This document shows, piece by piece, positions 54,295 to 64,000 of a stretch of 64,000 nt of DNA. The translations under genes and the position numbers were made by a program. The DNA is from an uncultured Actinomycetota bacterium (lineage in GTDB: Bacteria > Actinomycetota > Actinomycetes > JAHEKZ01). Each line of letters begins with the position of its first letter. The first letter of the stretch is position 1. The stretch spans positions 145,555 through 209,554 of the forward strand of contig CAVQYR010000001.1 of NCBI GenBank assembly GCA_963718235.1, written 5' to 3'. A model generated the notes under the pieces. That model was not told where the DNA came from, ran no database searches, and was given only the letters and a program-made list of their open reading frames with translations.

Positions 54295-54969
54295 GTGGGA
54301 GGCGGCATGGACGAGTCACGAGCTCTGCAGCACGCGGGATGGGCGGGCGCCGCTTCGGTCGTGCTGCTCGTCGTCGGGGTGGGGCTGTGCGCGCTGGTCG
54401 GCGTCGACGACCCAGGCGTGTCGGACGCCGCCATCCTCGAGCGGCTCGACGACGGCGCCAAGCAGGCCGCCGCCGGCATCGGGGTGCCGATACTCAGCGC
54501 GGGGGTCGCGCTGCTGCTCTGGTTCGCCGTCGGGCTGCGACGGGTGCTGGACCGGCTGTCCGACGGCGACCCGCTCGCGCACGCGACCGTGCCGGCGGCG
54601 GCTCTGCTCGGCGGGCTGATGATCACAGGGGTGGGGCTCGACGTGTCGAGCGCGATCACCGCACTGTGGGACGAGTTCACCCCCGACCCGGACATCGCCC
54701 GCGTGCTCGGCACCGCAGGGGCCGTCGTCGGGCTCACCGGACTGACCGGTGGCGCGGTGCTGGTCGCCGTGACGACCCGGATCGCCCAGCAGGCGCGGGC
54801 CCTGTCGGCGTGGGCCGTCTGGGTGTCCTACGCCGTCGCCACGCTGTGCCTGTTCGGCTTCTGGAGCCGAGGCATGGCGTCGGTGGCCCTCGCGCTGTGG
54901 CTCATCGGCGCCGTCATCGGGGTGCTGCGCGTGGCGCGGCGGACACCGGTCGGCCAAGCCCGGCAGTGA
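54295..54969 (+). CDS. Hypothetical integral membrane protein (about 6 TM helices)
   Basis: A 224-aa hydrophobic ORF between dosR and dosS; support is composition only. Confidence 0.5.
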   Translation: MGGGMDESRALQHAGWAGAASVVLLVVGVGLCALVGVDDPGVSDAAILERLDDGAKQAAAGIGVPILSAGVALLLWFAVGLRRVLDRLSDGDPLAHATVPAAALLGGLMITGVGLDVSSAITALWDEFTPDPDIARVLGTAGAVVGLTGLTGGAVLVAVTTRIAQQARALSAWAVWVSYAVATLCLFGFWSRGMASVALALWLIGAVIGVLRVARRTPVGQARQ

Positions 54970-54988
54970 GACCGGCCTGAGACCGGCC

Positions 54989-56605
54989 CTAGACCGCGCC
55001 TGGCCCACCACGCACGGGTGCTCGCCAGACCAGCCGAGTACCGCTTCCCTCCGGAGTCGCTGACTCCGTCACGCATGAGCCGCCGAGCCGCTCCGCCCGT
55101 TGGGAGAGGTTGGCGAGACCGCTGCGCCGTCCCCCGGGCTCGCCCAGTCCGACGCCGTTGTCGGTGACGATGAGCACCACGTCGTTGTCGTCGACGGACA
55201 GCGAGGTCCGAACCACCGTCGCCGAGGCGTGCCGGGCCACGTTGGACAGCGCCTCCCGGACGGCGGCCACCACGTGCTCGGCCACGTCGTCGGGCACCAC
55301 GCTGTCGATCGGACCGTCGAAGCGCACCGTCGGCTCGAAGCCCAGGGTGTGCGCAGCCGCAGACATCTCACGCAGCACCCGACCGCGCAGTCCGGTGGGG
55401 ACCCCTCGGCTCTCCTGCAGCGCGAAGATCGTCGAGCGCACCTCGACGATCGTCGCGTCGAGCTCGTGCACGGAGCGTTCGATCCGTTCGACGACGTCGG
55501 GCTCGGTGGCCGTGCGCGTGGCCCCTTGCAGCACCATCCCGGTGGCGAACAGCCGTTGGATCACCAGGTCGTGCAGGTCGCGCGCGATCCGGTCGCGGTC
55601 CTCGAGGACCGCCAGCCGCTCCTGCTCGCGCTGGGCCTCGGCGAGCACCAGGGCGAGCGCGGCCTGTCCCGCGAAGTTCTCCGCCAGGATGCGCTCCTCG
55701 GGACGAAACGGGGGGGCGCCCAGGCGGTTGGCCAGGACGAGCGTGCCGAGGGTCCGGTCACCACTCACCAGCGCGACGTGCATGGTCGGTCCGTAGCGCT
55801 CGGCGTAGGGCGACGCGTCGGCCAGGTCGGCAGCGTCGGCCGGGGGCTGAAGCCGGCCGAGGAGGTCCTCGGTGCCCACGCCGGCCACGTGCTCGACGAC
55901 CATCGAGTCGCCGTCGTCGGGCAGGGCGATCGTCGCTGCGTCGACCCCCGCCACCGCCCGTGCCCGGTCGGCGACCAGGTCCAGCACCTCGTCGGGCTCC
56001 TCGCCACGCAGCACGGCCGTGACGATCTCGGCAGACGCCCGCATCCATGCGGCACGCATCTCGGCCTGGCTGAAGAGTCGTGCGTTCTCCACCGCGACCC
56101 CGGCCGCGGCGGCGAGCGCCACGAGCACCTGCTCGTCGTGCTCGCTGAACCGAGGGGCGCCCCGCTTCTCGGTGAGGTAGAGGTTGCCGAAGACCTCACC
56201 GCGCACCCGCACCGGCACACCGACGAAGGAGTGCATCGGGGGGTGCCCCGGCGGAAAGCCGAACGACTGCGGATGCGTCATCAGGTCGTCCAGGCGAAGC
56301 GGTCGCGGGTCGACCATGAGCAGGCCCAGGATGCCGTGCCCCCGCGGTGGTGTGCCGAGCGCCTGCACCTCGGCGTCGGCCAGGCCGACCACCACGAAGT
56401 CGCTGATCGCCCCCTCCGGACCGAGCACTCCCAACGCCCCGTACCTCGCGTCGACCAGGTCGACCGCCGCCTGCACGATTCGACGCAGCGTGTGGTTGAG
56501 CTCCAGGCCCGATCCCACGGCGACGACGGCGTCGAGCAACGCCGACAGCTGGGCTCCGGCCGCACGGTCCGGCGAACTGTCGGTCGTGCGGCCGAGGTCA
56601 GTCAC
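54989..56605 (-). CDS. dosS: DosS/DevS-type sensor histidine kinase with GAF domain architecture (HisKA_3 + HATPase_c)
   Basis: Close match to M. tuberculosis DevS as I recall it (LNHTLRRIVQAAVDLVDARYGALGVL...the heme-pocket region GHPPMHSFVGVPVRVRGEVFGNLYLTEKRG...RDRIARDLHDLVIQRLFATGMVLQG, with the phospho-acceptor His in LHDLVIQ). Confidence 0.85.
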   Translation of the reverse strand: MTDLGRTTDSSPDRAAGAQLSALLDAVVAVGSGLELNHTLRRIVQAAVDLVDARYGALGVLGPEGAISDFVVVGLADAEVQALGTPPRGHGILGLLMVDPRPLRLDDLMTHPQSFGFPPGHPPMHSFVGVPVRVRGEVFGNLYLTEKRGAPRFSEHDEQVLVALAAAAGVAVENARLFSQAEMRAAWMRASAEIVTAVLRGEEPDEVLDLVADRARAVAGVDAATIALPDDGDSMVVEHVAGVGTEDLLGRLQPPADAADLADASPYAERYGPTMHVALVSGDRTLGTLVLANRLGAPPFRPEERILAENFAGQAALALVLAEAQREQERLAVLEDRDRIARDLHDLVIQRLFATGMVLQGATRTATEPDVVERIERSVHELDATIVEVRSTIFALQESRGVPTGLRGRVLREMSAAAHTLGFEPTVRFDGPIDSVVPDDVAEHVVAAVREALSNVARHASATVVRTSLSVDDNDVVLIVTDNGVGLGEPGGRRSGLANLSQRAERLGGSCVTESATPEGSGTRLVWRAPVRGGPGAV

Positions 56606-56614
56606 ACCGGCAGC

Positions 56615-58348
56615 CTAGAACGCCTGCCTTCTCTCCCGCTCCCACGTGCTGGCGTACCAGCCAGGTGCCGCGAGGAGGTCTTGGTGGGTGCCGCGCTCGA
56701 CGACCTGGCCCGCATCAAGAACCACGATCTCGTCGACGTCCTGGAGTCCGAGCAGTCGGTGGGTGATGACCACCGTGGTGCGACCACTCACGGCTCGCAA
56801 GAGGTCGTGCATGAGGGCGTCGGCCGTGGCTGTGTCGAGGTGCTCCCCCGGCTCGTCCAGCACCACGACCGGGAAGTCGGCGAGCAGGATCCGGGCGAGC
56901 GCCACGCGCTGGCGCTGTCCACCGGAGAGCCGGGCACCGTGCTCTCCGACCCGGGTGTCCAGCCCCTCGGGCAGCCCGTCGACCCAGTCGACCAGTCCGG
57001 CCGCCGCCAGCGCGTCGCGCAGCCGGGCCGGGCCGGCGTCACGTCGCGCCAGCAGGAGGTTCTCGGCCAGGGTCGAGTCGAACAGGTGCGCCTCCTGCGA
57101 CAGCAGGCCGATGACCGTCCGGGTCTCGTCGCTGCGCACCGACGCCGTGGCCACGCCGTTGAGCGTGACCTGGCCCTGCTCGACATCGACGAAGCGCAGC
57201 AGCGCCGCCGCAACGGTCGACTTGCCCGCGCCACTGGGACCGACGATCGCCACCCGGTGACCCGGCGGCAGGTCCAGCGAGAACGACTGCAGCGCAGCCG
57301 GCTGGCCCGGTGACCAGCGCACGTCGACGTCGTCCAGCGCGCAGTGGAACGGTGCCTCGGGCAGCGCGGCCGGCTCGGCCGGCTCGGTGACCGGGCTGGG
57401 TGCGTCGGCGACCTCGAAGATCCGGCGGGCCGACGCCTGCACCCGCGAGAGCTGCTGGAGGGCCATCGGCAACGGCATGACGAGCTCGAAGGCCGCCAGC
57501 GGGGTCAGGACGACGACCGCGAGCAGCACGCCGTCCAGCTGCCCTCGGGCAACGGCGAGGGCACCCACAGTGAGGCTGGTCAGCACGGTGATCCCGGCGG
57601 TGAGCGCAGTCAGCCCGGCTCCCACGCCGGCGCCGAGCGAGGCTCGCTGCTCGTGCTCACGCAGCACGTCGTCGCGCCGGGCGAGCCCTTGCAGTGCGTG
57701 CTCGGCGGTCCCGGCGACCACCAGCTCAGGGGCCAGCCGGACGAGCTCGACGACCCCGACGTTCAGGGCACCGCGGTCACCGGCCAGCGCCCGGTCGGCC
57801 CGACGTCCGACGGAGGCGGCCAGCAGGGGCACGATCAGCCCGGCCAGCACCAGGCCCAGGGCCAGGGCGCCACCAGCCGCCGGCACGAGCCAACCGACCA
57901 GGCCGACCGCACCGGCACCGACGATCGCCGCGACGCAGAACGGAGGGACGACCCGCAGGTACAGCTCCTGCACCGTGTCGACGTCAGCGACCAGCCGGCT
58001 CAGCAGGTCGCCGGAGCGAAAGGCCGGCACCCCGGCCGGGGCCAGGCGCTCGAGCTGCTCGTACACCTGCACACGCACGTCGGTGAGCACCCGGAAGGCC
58101 GCGTCGTGGCCCACCACCCGCTCGAGGTAGCGGAAGAAGCCGCGACTGACGCCGAAGAACCGGACCCCGACGATCGCCACCGTCAGGGTGAGGATCGGTG
58201 GTTGCTCCGACGCACGGCTGATCAGGTAGGCGGAGGTCGCGATGAGGCCCACCGCGGCCACTGCGGTGAGGACACCGAGGAGCACGGCCAGGGCGAGGCG
58301 CCCCCACAACGGTCTGGCCATGCGCAGCAGGCGCCGGACGTCGGCCAT
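56615..58348 (-). CDS. cydC: Thiol-reductant ABC exporter, CydC subunit
   Basis: Start MADVRRLLRMARPLW (reverse complement of ATG at 58346-58348). Six TM helices plus a nucleotide-binding domain (GPSGAGKST, LSGGQRQRVALAR, VVVLDEPGEHLD). Confidence 0.85.
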   Translation of the reverse strand: MADVRRLLRMARPLWGRLALAVLLGVLTAVAAVGLIATSAYLISRASEQPPILTLTVAIVGVRFFGVSRGFFRYLERVVGHDAAFRVLTDVRVQVYEQLERLAPAGVPAFRSGDLLSRLVADVDTVQELYLRVVPPFCVAAIVGAGAVGLVGWLVPAAGGALALGLVLAGLIVPLLAASVGRRADRALAGDRGALNVGVVELVRLAPELVVAGTAEHALQGLARRDDVLREHEQRASLGAGVGAGLTALTAGITVLTSLTVGALAVARGQLDGVLLAVVVLTPLAAFELVMPLPMALQQLSRVQASARRIFEVADAPSPVTEPAEPAALPEAPFHCALDDVDVRWSPGQPAALQSFSLDLPPGHRVAIVGPSGAGKSTVAAALLRFVDVEQGQVTLNGVATASVRSDETRTVIGLLSQEAHLFDSTLAENLLLARRDAGPARLRDALAAAGLVDWVDGLPEGLDTRVGEHGARLSGGQRQRVALARILLADFPVVVLDEPGEHLDTATADALMHDLLRAVSGRTTVVITHRLLGLQDVDEIVVLDAGQVVERGTHQDLLAAPGWYASTWERERRQAF

Positions 58349-60099
58349 CACGACACCGCGGCCGGGGTGAGCGTGACGACCCGGTCGGCCAGCTCGACCA
58401 GCGCCGGTCGGTGAGCCACCACGAGCACCGTTCGTCCAACGGCCAGGTCGCGCACCGCGTCGATCACGGCCTGCTCGGTCACGCCGTCCAGGCCGGCGGT
58501 CGGCTCGTCGAGCAGCACGAACGGCGCCTGTCGGACGAAGACCCGCGCGATCGCGATCCGCTGCCGCTGACCCACCGAGAGCCCGGCACCGGCGTCGCCG
58601 AGCTCGCTGTGCATCCCGGCCGGGAGGGTGTCGACGAAGTCCGCACCCGCTGCGCGCAGGGCCGCCATGACCTCGTCGTTGGTCGCCTCCGGCGACCCGA
58701 TCCGCACGTTGTCGGCGATCGAGCCGGCGACGAAGGCGGGGCGCTGCGGCAGCCAGGCGAGCTGGCTGCGCCACGTCACCGGGTCGACGTCGGACAGTGC
58801 GACCGTCTCGGCCCCGTCGTCGAGGGTGAGCGAGCCGTCGCTCGGCTGCAGGAACTGCAGGGCCAGGTCGACCAGCGTCGACTTGCCGCACCCGCTCGGG
58901 CCGACGAGTGCGACCACCTCCCCAGGCCGGACCTCCAGGGAGACCCGGTCGACCGCCGGGGCGTCACGGTCGGCGTAGCGCACGCTGACTGCGTCGAAGC
59001 GCAGGGTCGAGCGACGCACGTCCGGGGCCGGGCGCCGACCCAGGTCCGAGGGACTCGTCTCGAGCACCTCGAACACCCGGCCGGCGGCGGTGAGTCCCTC
59101 CTGGCTGGCGTGGAAGTGCTGTCCGACCAGGCGCAGCGGGAGGTACGCGTCCGGGGCGAGCACGAGGACGAACAGCCCGACGAAGAAGGTCAGGGAGCCC
59201 TCGACGAGTCTGATCCCGATCTCGACCGCAACCAGGGCCACCGACAGGCTGGCGAGCAGCTCCAGCGCCAGCGAGGACAGGAAGGAGATCCGCAGCACCT
59301 TCATCGTCGTCCGGCGGTACTGGTCGCTCACCGCGCGGATGCTGGCCGTCTGGGCCTTCGCCCGCCCGAACACCTTCAGGGTCGGCAGCCCGGCCACGAC
59401 GTCGAGGAAGTGCCCGGAGAGCACCTCGAGGGTCCGCCACTGTCTGTCCTGCTGACGTTGGGTCGTCCAGCCGATCAGCACCATGAAGACCGGGATGAGG
59501 GGAAGGGTCAGCGCAACGACGACGGCCGAAAGCCAGTCCTGACCCGCGATCACCAGCAGCACGGTGACCGGCACGATGCAGGCCAGGACCAGCTGGGGCA
59601 GGTAGCGCGCGAAGTAGCCGTCCAAGGCGTCCAGCCCGCGGGTGGCCAGCACGGTGATCTCACCGGATCGCTGTCCGCGCAGCCAGGCCGGGCCGAGATC
59701 GACCACGTGGTGCAGGAGCCTGGTCCGCAGCTGCTCCTTCACCGCCGACGACGACCGGTGAGCAGCAGTCTCCTGCGCCCACGAGACGGCTGCCCGGGCG
59801 ACGGCGACGAACCCCAGGGCCACGACCAGCCCCGAGATGTCGGCGACGGTGGAGCCCTCCTGGAAGACCCGGGTGATCGACGTGGCCAGCAACCAGGCCT
59901 GGGCCACCACGAGCAAGGCGGTCACTGCGCCCAGGAGCACCGACACCAGCAGGTACGCCCGCGCGGAGCGGGCGTACCTGAGGAGCCGCGGGTCGAGGGG
60001 GCGCACGCCGTCCATGGTGGTGGTCGCCCCTCGCGGATGCTCTCCCGGGGCGGTCGAAGTCAGCCGCGGACCAGGGGTTCGCCGGTCGTCAGCGAGCAA
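58348..60099 (-). CDS. cydD: Thiol-reductant ABC exporter, CydD subunit
   Basis: A TM domain plus a nucleotide-binding domain (GPSGCGKST, LSVGQRQRIAIAR, FVLLDEPTAGLD). The start is probably Met29 (MDGVRPLDPRLLRYA, about 60015). The stop overlaps the cydC start. Confidence 0.85.
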   Translation of the reverse strand: MLADDRRTPGPRLTSTAPGEHPRGATTTMDGVRPLDPRLLRYARSARAYLLVSVLLGAVTALLVVAQAWLLATSITRVFQEGSTVADISGLVVALGFVAVARAAVSWAQETAAHRSSSAVKEQLRTRLLHHVVDLGPAWLRGQRSGEITVLATRGLDALDGYFARYLPQLVLACIVPVTVLLVIAGQDWLSAVVVALTLPLIPVFMVLIGWTTQRQQDRQWRTLEVLSGHFLDVVAGLPTLKVFGRAKAQTASIRAVSDQYRRTTMKVLRISFLSSLALELLASLSVALVAVEIGIRLVEGSLTFFVGLFVLVLAPDAYLPLRLVGQHFHASQEGLTAAGRVFEVLETSPSDLGRRPAPDVRRSTLRFDAVSVRYADRDAPAVDRVSLEVRPGEVVALVGPSGCGKSTLVDLALQFLQPSDGSLTLDDGAETVALSDVDPVTWRSQLAWLPQRPAFVAGSIADNVRIGSPEATNDEVMAALRAAGADFVDTLPAGMHSELGDAGAGLSVGQRQRIAIARVFVRQAPFVLLDEPTAGLDGVTEQAVIDAVRDLAVGRTVLVVAHRPALVELADRVVTLTPAAVS

Positions 60100-61132
60100 G
60101 CTCCGGGGTGGGGGTCGCCGGGATGTCCTCGGTGCCGAGGCGCTTGCGGAACACCCAGAACGTCCAGCTCTGGTACACGAGCACGATCGGGGTCATGACC
60201 AGCGCCACGATCGTCATCACCTTGAGCGTGTACGGCGTGCTCGAGGCGTTCTCGATGGTCAGGCTGTACGCCGGGTCGACCGAGCTCGGCATGACGTCGG
60301 GGTACAGGGTGAGGAACAAGGTGATCACCGCGAGCCCGAGGGTGAAGGCGGTCAGGGTGAAGGCCCAGCCGTCGCGCTCGACCCGGTTCATCGCGAGCGA
60401 GCCCAGCAGCGCGACCGCAGCAAGGACCGAGGTGATCCAGGCAGCAGCCGGCGCGTCGTGCGCGACCAGGGTCCAGCCCAGGAAGAGCACCGCGGCCACT
60501 GCCGACGCCAGCCCCAGCCTGGGCACCAGCGCGTGGGCCCGGGTGCGCATGTCGCCCTTCGTCTTCAGCGCCAGGAAGTTCGCTCCGTGCGTCGTGCACA
60601 GCAGCAGCGTGACCACCCCGCCCAGCAGGGCGTACGGGTTGAGCAGGGTGAAGAACGTGCCCGTGTAGGTGAGCGTCTCCCGGGCGCCGTTGTCGACCGG
60701 CTCGATCGGGACGCCGGCCACGATGTTGGCGAAGGCCACGCCCCACAGCAACGACGGCACCAGGCTGCCGATCGTGATCGCCCAGTCCCAGCGGCCGGCC
60801 CAGGCGGTCCCGGGCCGCTTGCTGCGGTACTCGAAGGCCACACCACGCACGATCAGCGCGACGAGGATCAGCAGCAGCGGAAGGTAGAAGCCACTGAACA
60901 GCGTCGCGTACCACTCCGGGAACGCGGCGAAGGTCGCACCACCGGCCACGAGCAGCCACACCTCGTTGCCGTCCCACACCGGACCGATCGTGTTGATCAT
61001 CAGCCGGCGCTCGGCGTCGTTGCGACCGAGGACGGGCAGGAGGTTGCCCACCCCGAAGTCGAACCCCTCAAGCACGAAGTAGCCGATCCACAGGACCGCG
61101 ATGAGGATGAACCAGAACTCTGCGAGTGACAT
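60089..61132 (-). CDS. cydB: Cytochrome bd ubiquinol oxidase subunit II
   Basis: MSLAEFWFILIAVLWIGYFVLEGFDFGVG...; 347 aa and 8-9 TM helices. Confidence 0.95.
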   Translation of the reverse strand: MSLAEFWFILIAVLWIGYFVLEGFDFGVGNLLPVLGRNDAERRLMINTIGPVWDGNEVWLLVAGGATFAAFPEWYATLFSGFYLPLLLILVALIVRGVAFEYRSKRPGTAWAGRWDWAITIGSLVPSLLWGVAFANIVAGVPIEPVDNGARETLTYTGTFFTLLNPYALLGGVVTLLLCTTHGANFLALKTKGDMRTRAHALVPRLGLASAVAAVLFLGWTLVAHDAPAAAWITSVLAAVALLGSLAMNRVERDGWAFTLTAFTLGLAVITLFLTLYPDVMPSSVDPAYSLTIENASSTPYTLKVMTIVALVMTPIVLVYQSWTFWVFRKRLGTEDIPATPTPELAR

Positions 61133-61144
61133 CGTCGGCTCCTG

Positions 61145-62557
61145 TCAGTACGCGATGGTCAGGGGGGCGTCGACGTCGCGCGACGCGTAGGTGTCGTCCG
61201 CCTGTTCGGTCGTGATCTCTGGTGGGCCTTCGGTCGCGAACTTCCAGATCAGCCCCACCTCGACGACGGCGAGCACGCCGTAGAGCAGGGTGAAGGTGAT
61301 CATCGAGATCCACACGGCGGTCGAGCCGACGGCCAGCGACACGCCGTTGGCCGTCAACAGCTCGCCGTAGACGACCCAGGGCTGGCGGCCCATCTCGGTG
61401 AAGATCCAGCCGAAGGAGTTGGCGAGCAGCGGGGTGAAGATCATGAAGATCGCGAGACGGCCCATCCAACGCCGGTCGAACTCACGCCCGCCGCGGAACA
61501 GCCAGAGGCAGACCAGGGCGAACAGCCCGGCGAGCGCACCCCAGCCGATCATGAACCGGAACGACCAGTACGTGACCGGGATGTTCGGCTTGTAGCTGAC
61601 GCCGGTGCCGAACTCCTCCTCCAACGCTGCCTGCACGTCGTTGATCCCCTCGACGGTGCCGTTCACCGAGTTGGTCGCGAGGAACGACGTCAGCCCGGGC
61701 ACCCGGATCGAGTAGACCTCCTCGCTGCCGTCGAGGGTTCCAAGCGTGAACAGGCTGAACCCGGCGTTGCTCTGGGTCTCCCACAGCGCCTCTGCAGCAG
61801 CCATCTTCATCGGCTGCTGCTCGGTCATGACCTGGGCCTGGACGTGGCCGGAGAGGATGACGCCCACCGACGCCACCAGCACGGTGATCGCACCGATCCT
61901 CATCGACGTGCGCATGACCTCCACGTGCTGCTTGCGCACCAGGTGCCAGACCGCGAACCCGAGCATGAACGTGCCGGCGGTGAGGAAGGCCGCGGTGAGA
62001 GTGTGGGTGAAGGTGACGAACGACGTCTTCTGGAAGAGCACGGCGAAGATGTTGGTCATCTCCGCGCGGCCGGACTCGGGGTTGAACTCGTAGCCGACCG
62101 GGTGCTGCATCCACGAGTTCGCCGCGAGGATGAAGAAGGCCGAGATGTTGGTGCCGATCGCGGCGAGCCAGATCGTGGCGAGGTGCACCTTCTTGGGCAG
62201 CCGGTCCCAGCCGAAGATCCACAGGCCGAGGAAGGTCGACTCGAGGAAGAACGCGAGCAGCCCCTCCATCGCCAGCGGCGCGCCGAAGATGTCTCCCACG
62301 TAGCGGGAGTACTCGCTCCAGTTCATGCCGAACTGGAACTCCTGCACGATCCCGGTGACGACCCCGATCGCGAAGTTGATCAGGAAGAGCTTGCCCCAGA
62401 ACTTCGTGGCCCGCAGGTAGACGTCCTTGCCGGTGCGGTACCACGCGGTCTGCAGTCCGGCGACGAGCATCGACAGGCCGAGAGTGATCGGCACGAAGAG
62501 GAAGTGGTACACGGTGGTGATGCCGAACTGCCACCTGGCCAGGTCGAGCGCATCCAC
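61145..62557 (-). CDS. cydA: Cytochrome bd ubiquinol oxidase subunit I
   Basis: A GTG start (VDALDLARWQFGITTVYHFLFVP) 6 nt after a GGAGG ribosome-binding site. The Q-loop is present; 470 aa. Confidence 0.9.
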   Translation of the reverse strand: MDALDLARWQFGITTVYHFLFVPITLGLSMLVAGLQTAWYRTGKDVYLRATKFWGKLFLINFAIGVVTGIVQEFQFGMNWSEYSRYVGDIFGAPLAMEGLLAFFLESTFLGLWIFGWDRLPKKVHLATIWLAAIGTNISAFFILAANSWMQHPVGYEFNPESGRAEMTNIFAVLFQKTSFVTFTHTLTAAFLTAGTFMLGFAVWHLVRKQHVEVMRTSMRIGAITVLVASVGVILSGHVQAQVMTEQQPMKMAAAEALWETQSNAGFSLFTLGTLDGSEEVYSIRVPGLTSFLATNSVNGTVEGINDVQAALEEEFGTGVSYKPNIPVTYWSFRFMIGWGALAGLFALVCLWLFRGGREFDRRWMGRLAIFMIFTPLLANSFGWIFTEMGRQPWVVYGELLTANGVSLAVGSTAVWISMITFTLLYGVLAVVEVGLIWKFATEGPPEITTEQADDTYASRDVDAPLTIAY

Positions 62558-62751
62558 GTCGGGCCTCCACACGGTTCGATGCAGGTCGCTCGACCTGCCG
62601 AGAGCCAGCCTCTCGCGCCCGCCGACCCGTACCCCGGGACGAAGGTCCCAAGGGGTTAGGGCCAATCGACCGAACTTTCGTGCTCCTCCCGTCGGCCCGC
62701 CTGGTCCGATTCCCGCGAGTCCTCGCTGAGGGTGCATGACACAGTGACCCG

Positions 62752-63696
62752 GTGACTCTCGCTCCTGGCCCAGCGGCCGTCGGCACCGGACGAGCCGGCC
62801 GGGTCTGGGTCGCCCTCCTCGTCGTCTACGTGGTCTGGGGGTCCACCTACCTGGGGATCCGGATCCTGGTCACCGACGTGCCGCCGCTGATGGCGATGGG
62901 GGTCCGGTTCCTCCTCGCCGCGACGATCATCGCCACGATCGTGCGGCTGCGACGCGGGCCGGGCGCGCTGCGGGTCAGCGGCCGGCAGTGGCGTTCGGCG
63001 TCCTTGCTGGGGCTGCTGTTCATCGCCTGCGGCAACGGGGGAGTGGCGATCGCCGAGCAGACGGTGACCAGCGGCCTGGCCGCGCTGCTCGTCGCGGCGA
63101 TGCCCCTGTGGGTCGTGCTCATGCGCGTCGGCTTCGGCGGCGAGCGGCCGCGGGCCCTGACCTGGGGCGGCACCCTGCTCGGCATCGCCGGGATCGCCGT
63201 CCTGGCCCGACCCGACCCGAACAGCGACGTCGCGTGGTGGGGCGTGCTGACCGTCCTCGGCGCCACCGTGATGTGGGCGACCGGGGTCTTCTCGTCACCG
63301 CGGCTGACCCTGCCGAGCGACCCGTTCGTCACCACGGTGTTCGAGATGCTGGCCGGGGGAGCAGTCATGCTGGCCCTCAGCCTGCCTGCCGGCGAGTGGG
63401 ACGGCTTCGACGTCGGGGCGATACCGCAGGACGCCTGGGTCGCCTTCGTCTACCTCACCGTGATCGGCTCGGTCGTCGCGTTCAGCGCCTTCGTCTGGCT
63501 GCTGCACCACGCGCCGGTCTCACTGGTGACGACCTACGCCTTCGTCAACCCGGTCGTCGCGGTGTTCCTCGGCTGGCTCGTCCTCGGTGAGAACGTCACT
63601 GCGGTGATCGTGGTCGGGGGTGGGCTCGCCGTCGTCGGCGTGGCCATGGTCGTGCGCGGTGAGCGTCAGAAGCCGGTCGAGGGCGAGGTCGTGTAG
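62752..63696 (+). CDS. EamA/RhaT (DMT) family transporter
   Basis: Ten TM helices and two EamA repeats ([17 protein letters not shown]...; ...[23 protein letters not shown]). Confidence 0.75.
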   Translation: MTLAPGPAAVGTGRAGRVWVALLVVYVVWGSTYLGIRILVTDVPPLMAMGVRFLLAATIIATIVRLRRGPGALRVSGRQWRSASLLGLLFIACGNGGVAIAEQTVTSGLAALLVAAMPLWVVLMRVGFGGERPRALTWGGTLLGIAGIAVLARPDPNSDVAWWGVLTVLGATVMWATGVFSSPRLTLPSDPFVTTVFEMLAGGAVMLALSLPAGEWDGFDVGAIPQDAWVAFVYLTVIGSVVAFSAFVWLLHHAPVSLVTTYAFVNPVVAVFLGWLVLGENVTAVIVVGGGLAVVGVAMVVRGERQKPVEGEVV

Positions 63697-64000
63697 TAGG
63701 TGCTCGCGACGGTCACGAACCGGTCGTTGGCCGTCGGTTCGCCGATCGTGACCCGCACCCCTTCGCCAGGAAAGGCACGCACGACCACGCCTGCGGCCTC
63801 GCACGCGGAGGCGAACGCCTCCGTCGCCTCGCCGAGGCGGAGCCAGACGAAGTTCGCCTGCGACTCGCGGACGTCGACGCCTGCCTCGCGCAGGGCGCGC
63901 ACCACGCGGACCCGTTCGTCGACGACCAGCTGGACCCGTCGCAGCAGCTCGGGCTCCGCGTCCAGGGAGGCCAGCGCCGCACGCTCGGCCAGGGTCGTGA
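63666..64000 (-). CDS. Histidinol-phosphate aminotransferase family (class II PLP aminotransferase); C-terminal part only, N-terminus beyond the right window edge
   Basis: C-terminal motifs ([25 protein letters not shown]...AGVVVRAF...[16 protein letters not shown]). My hand translation upstream of the ORF-track start remains open to 64000 (...[32 protein letters not shown]). Confidence 0.6.
   Translation of the reverse strand, partial: TTLAERAALASLDAEPELLRRVQLVVDERVRVVRALREAGVDVRESQANFVWLRLGEATEAFASACEAAGVVVRAFPGEGVRVTIGEPTANDRFVTVASTYYTTSPSTGF

Noticed and set aside
55100-57313. A 737-aa + strand ORF.
   Set aside because: It is antisense to dosS and cydC.
58411-60198. A 595-aa + strand ORF.
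   Set aside because: It is antisense to cydD.
63713-63982. An 89-aa reverse-strand ORF at the right edge.
   Set aside because: It is a Ser/Arg/Trp-rich alternative frame of the aminotransferase C-terminal region. The adjacent frame carries the conserved aminotransferase motifs.

Overview
This is a gene-dense chromosomal window from a high-GC organism. The gene content and motifs (a mycothiol-dependent isomerase family protein, a DosR/DosS pair, an HspR repressor with its HAIR operator, the layout of the dnaK locus) point to Actinobacteria, probably a Nocardioides-like or Mycobacterium-like lineage. I could support about 60 protein-coding genes and one tRNA-Gly(CCC). I saw no IS element, transposase, prophage or CRISPR signatures.

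The housekeeping backbone is purD, purA, pyrE and dcd, plus the heat-shock locus dnaK-grpE-dnaJ-hspR followed directly by clpB, with a textbook HAIR operator upstream of dnaK. There is also a branched-chain/pyruvate-type alpha-ketoacid dehydrogenase operon (E1alpha-E1beta-E2) and a hypoxia-type island containing the response regulator DosR, a sensor kinase DosS with GAF-domain architecture, and cydABDC.

The regulatory accessory content is:
- a partner-switching module (GAF-PP2C-HATPase protein plus two STAS antagonists) divergent from a large SARP/NB-ARC/TPR regulator;
- an ECF sigma factor fused through a transmembrane helix to a roughly 430-aa extracytoplasmic domain;
- a single-chain sigma/ZAS (zinc anti-sigma) fusion next to a thioredoxin-NHL protein.

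The observations most worth a second look are:
1. dnaK and grpE are in one continuous reading frame with no stop codon between them.
2. A roughly 75-90 bp imperfect direct repeat brackets a small membrane-protein gene between a membrane Fe-S reductase gene and dcd.
3. A perfect 27-bp-arm palindrome lies immediately 3' of a secreted-protein gene and just before the dnaK promoter, with a related imperfect palindrome 14 kb away.
4. A membrane-anchored protein with Pro-Thr and His-rich (HDHGGGH) tracts, encoded partly by a 3 x 30 bp tandem repeat, sits divergent from dosR across an unusually AT-rich palindromic intergenic region.
5. An aminotransferase gene carries an apparent +1 frameshift.

All start coordinates are inferred from the ORF track plus local ribosome-binding-site and homology reasoning, and may be off by one or more alternative start codons.
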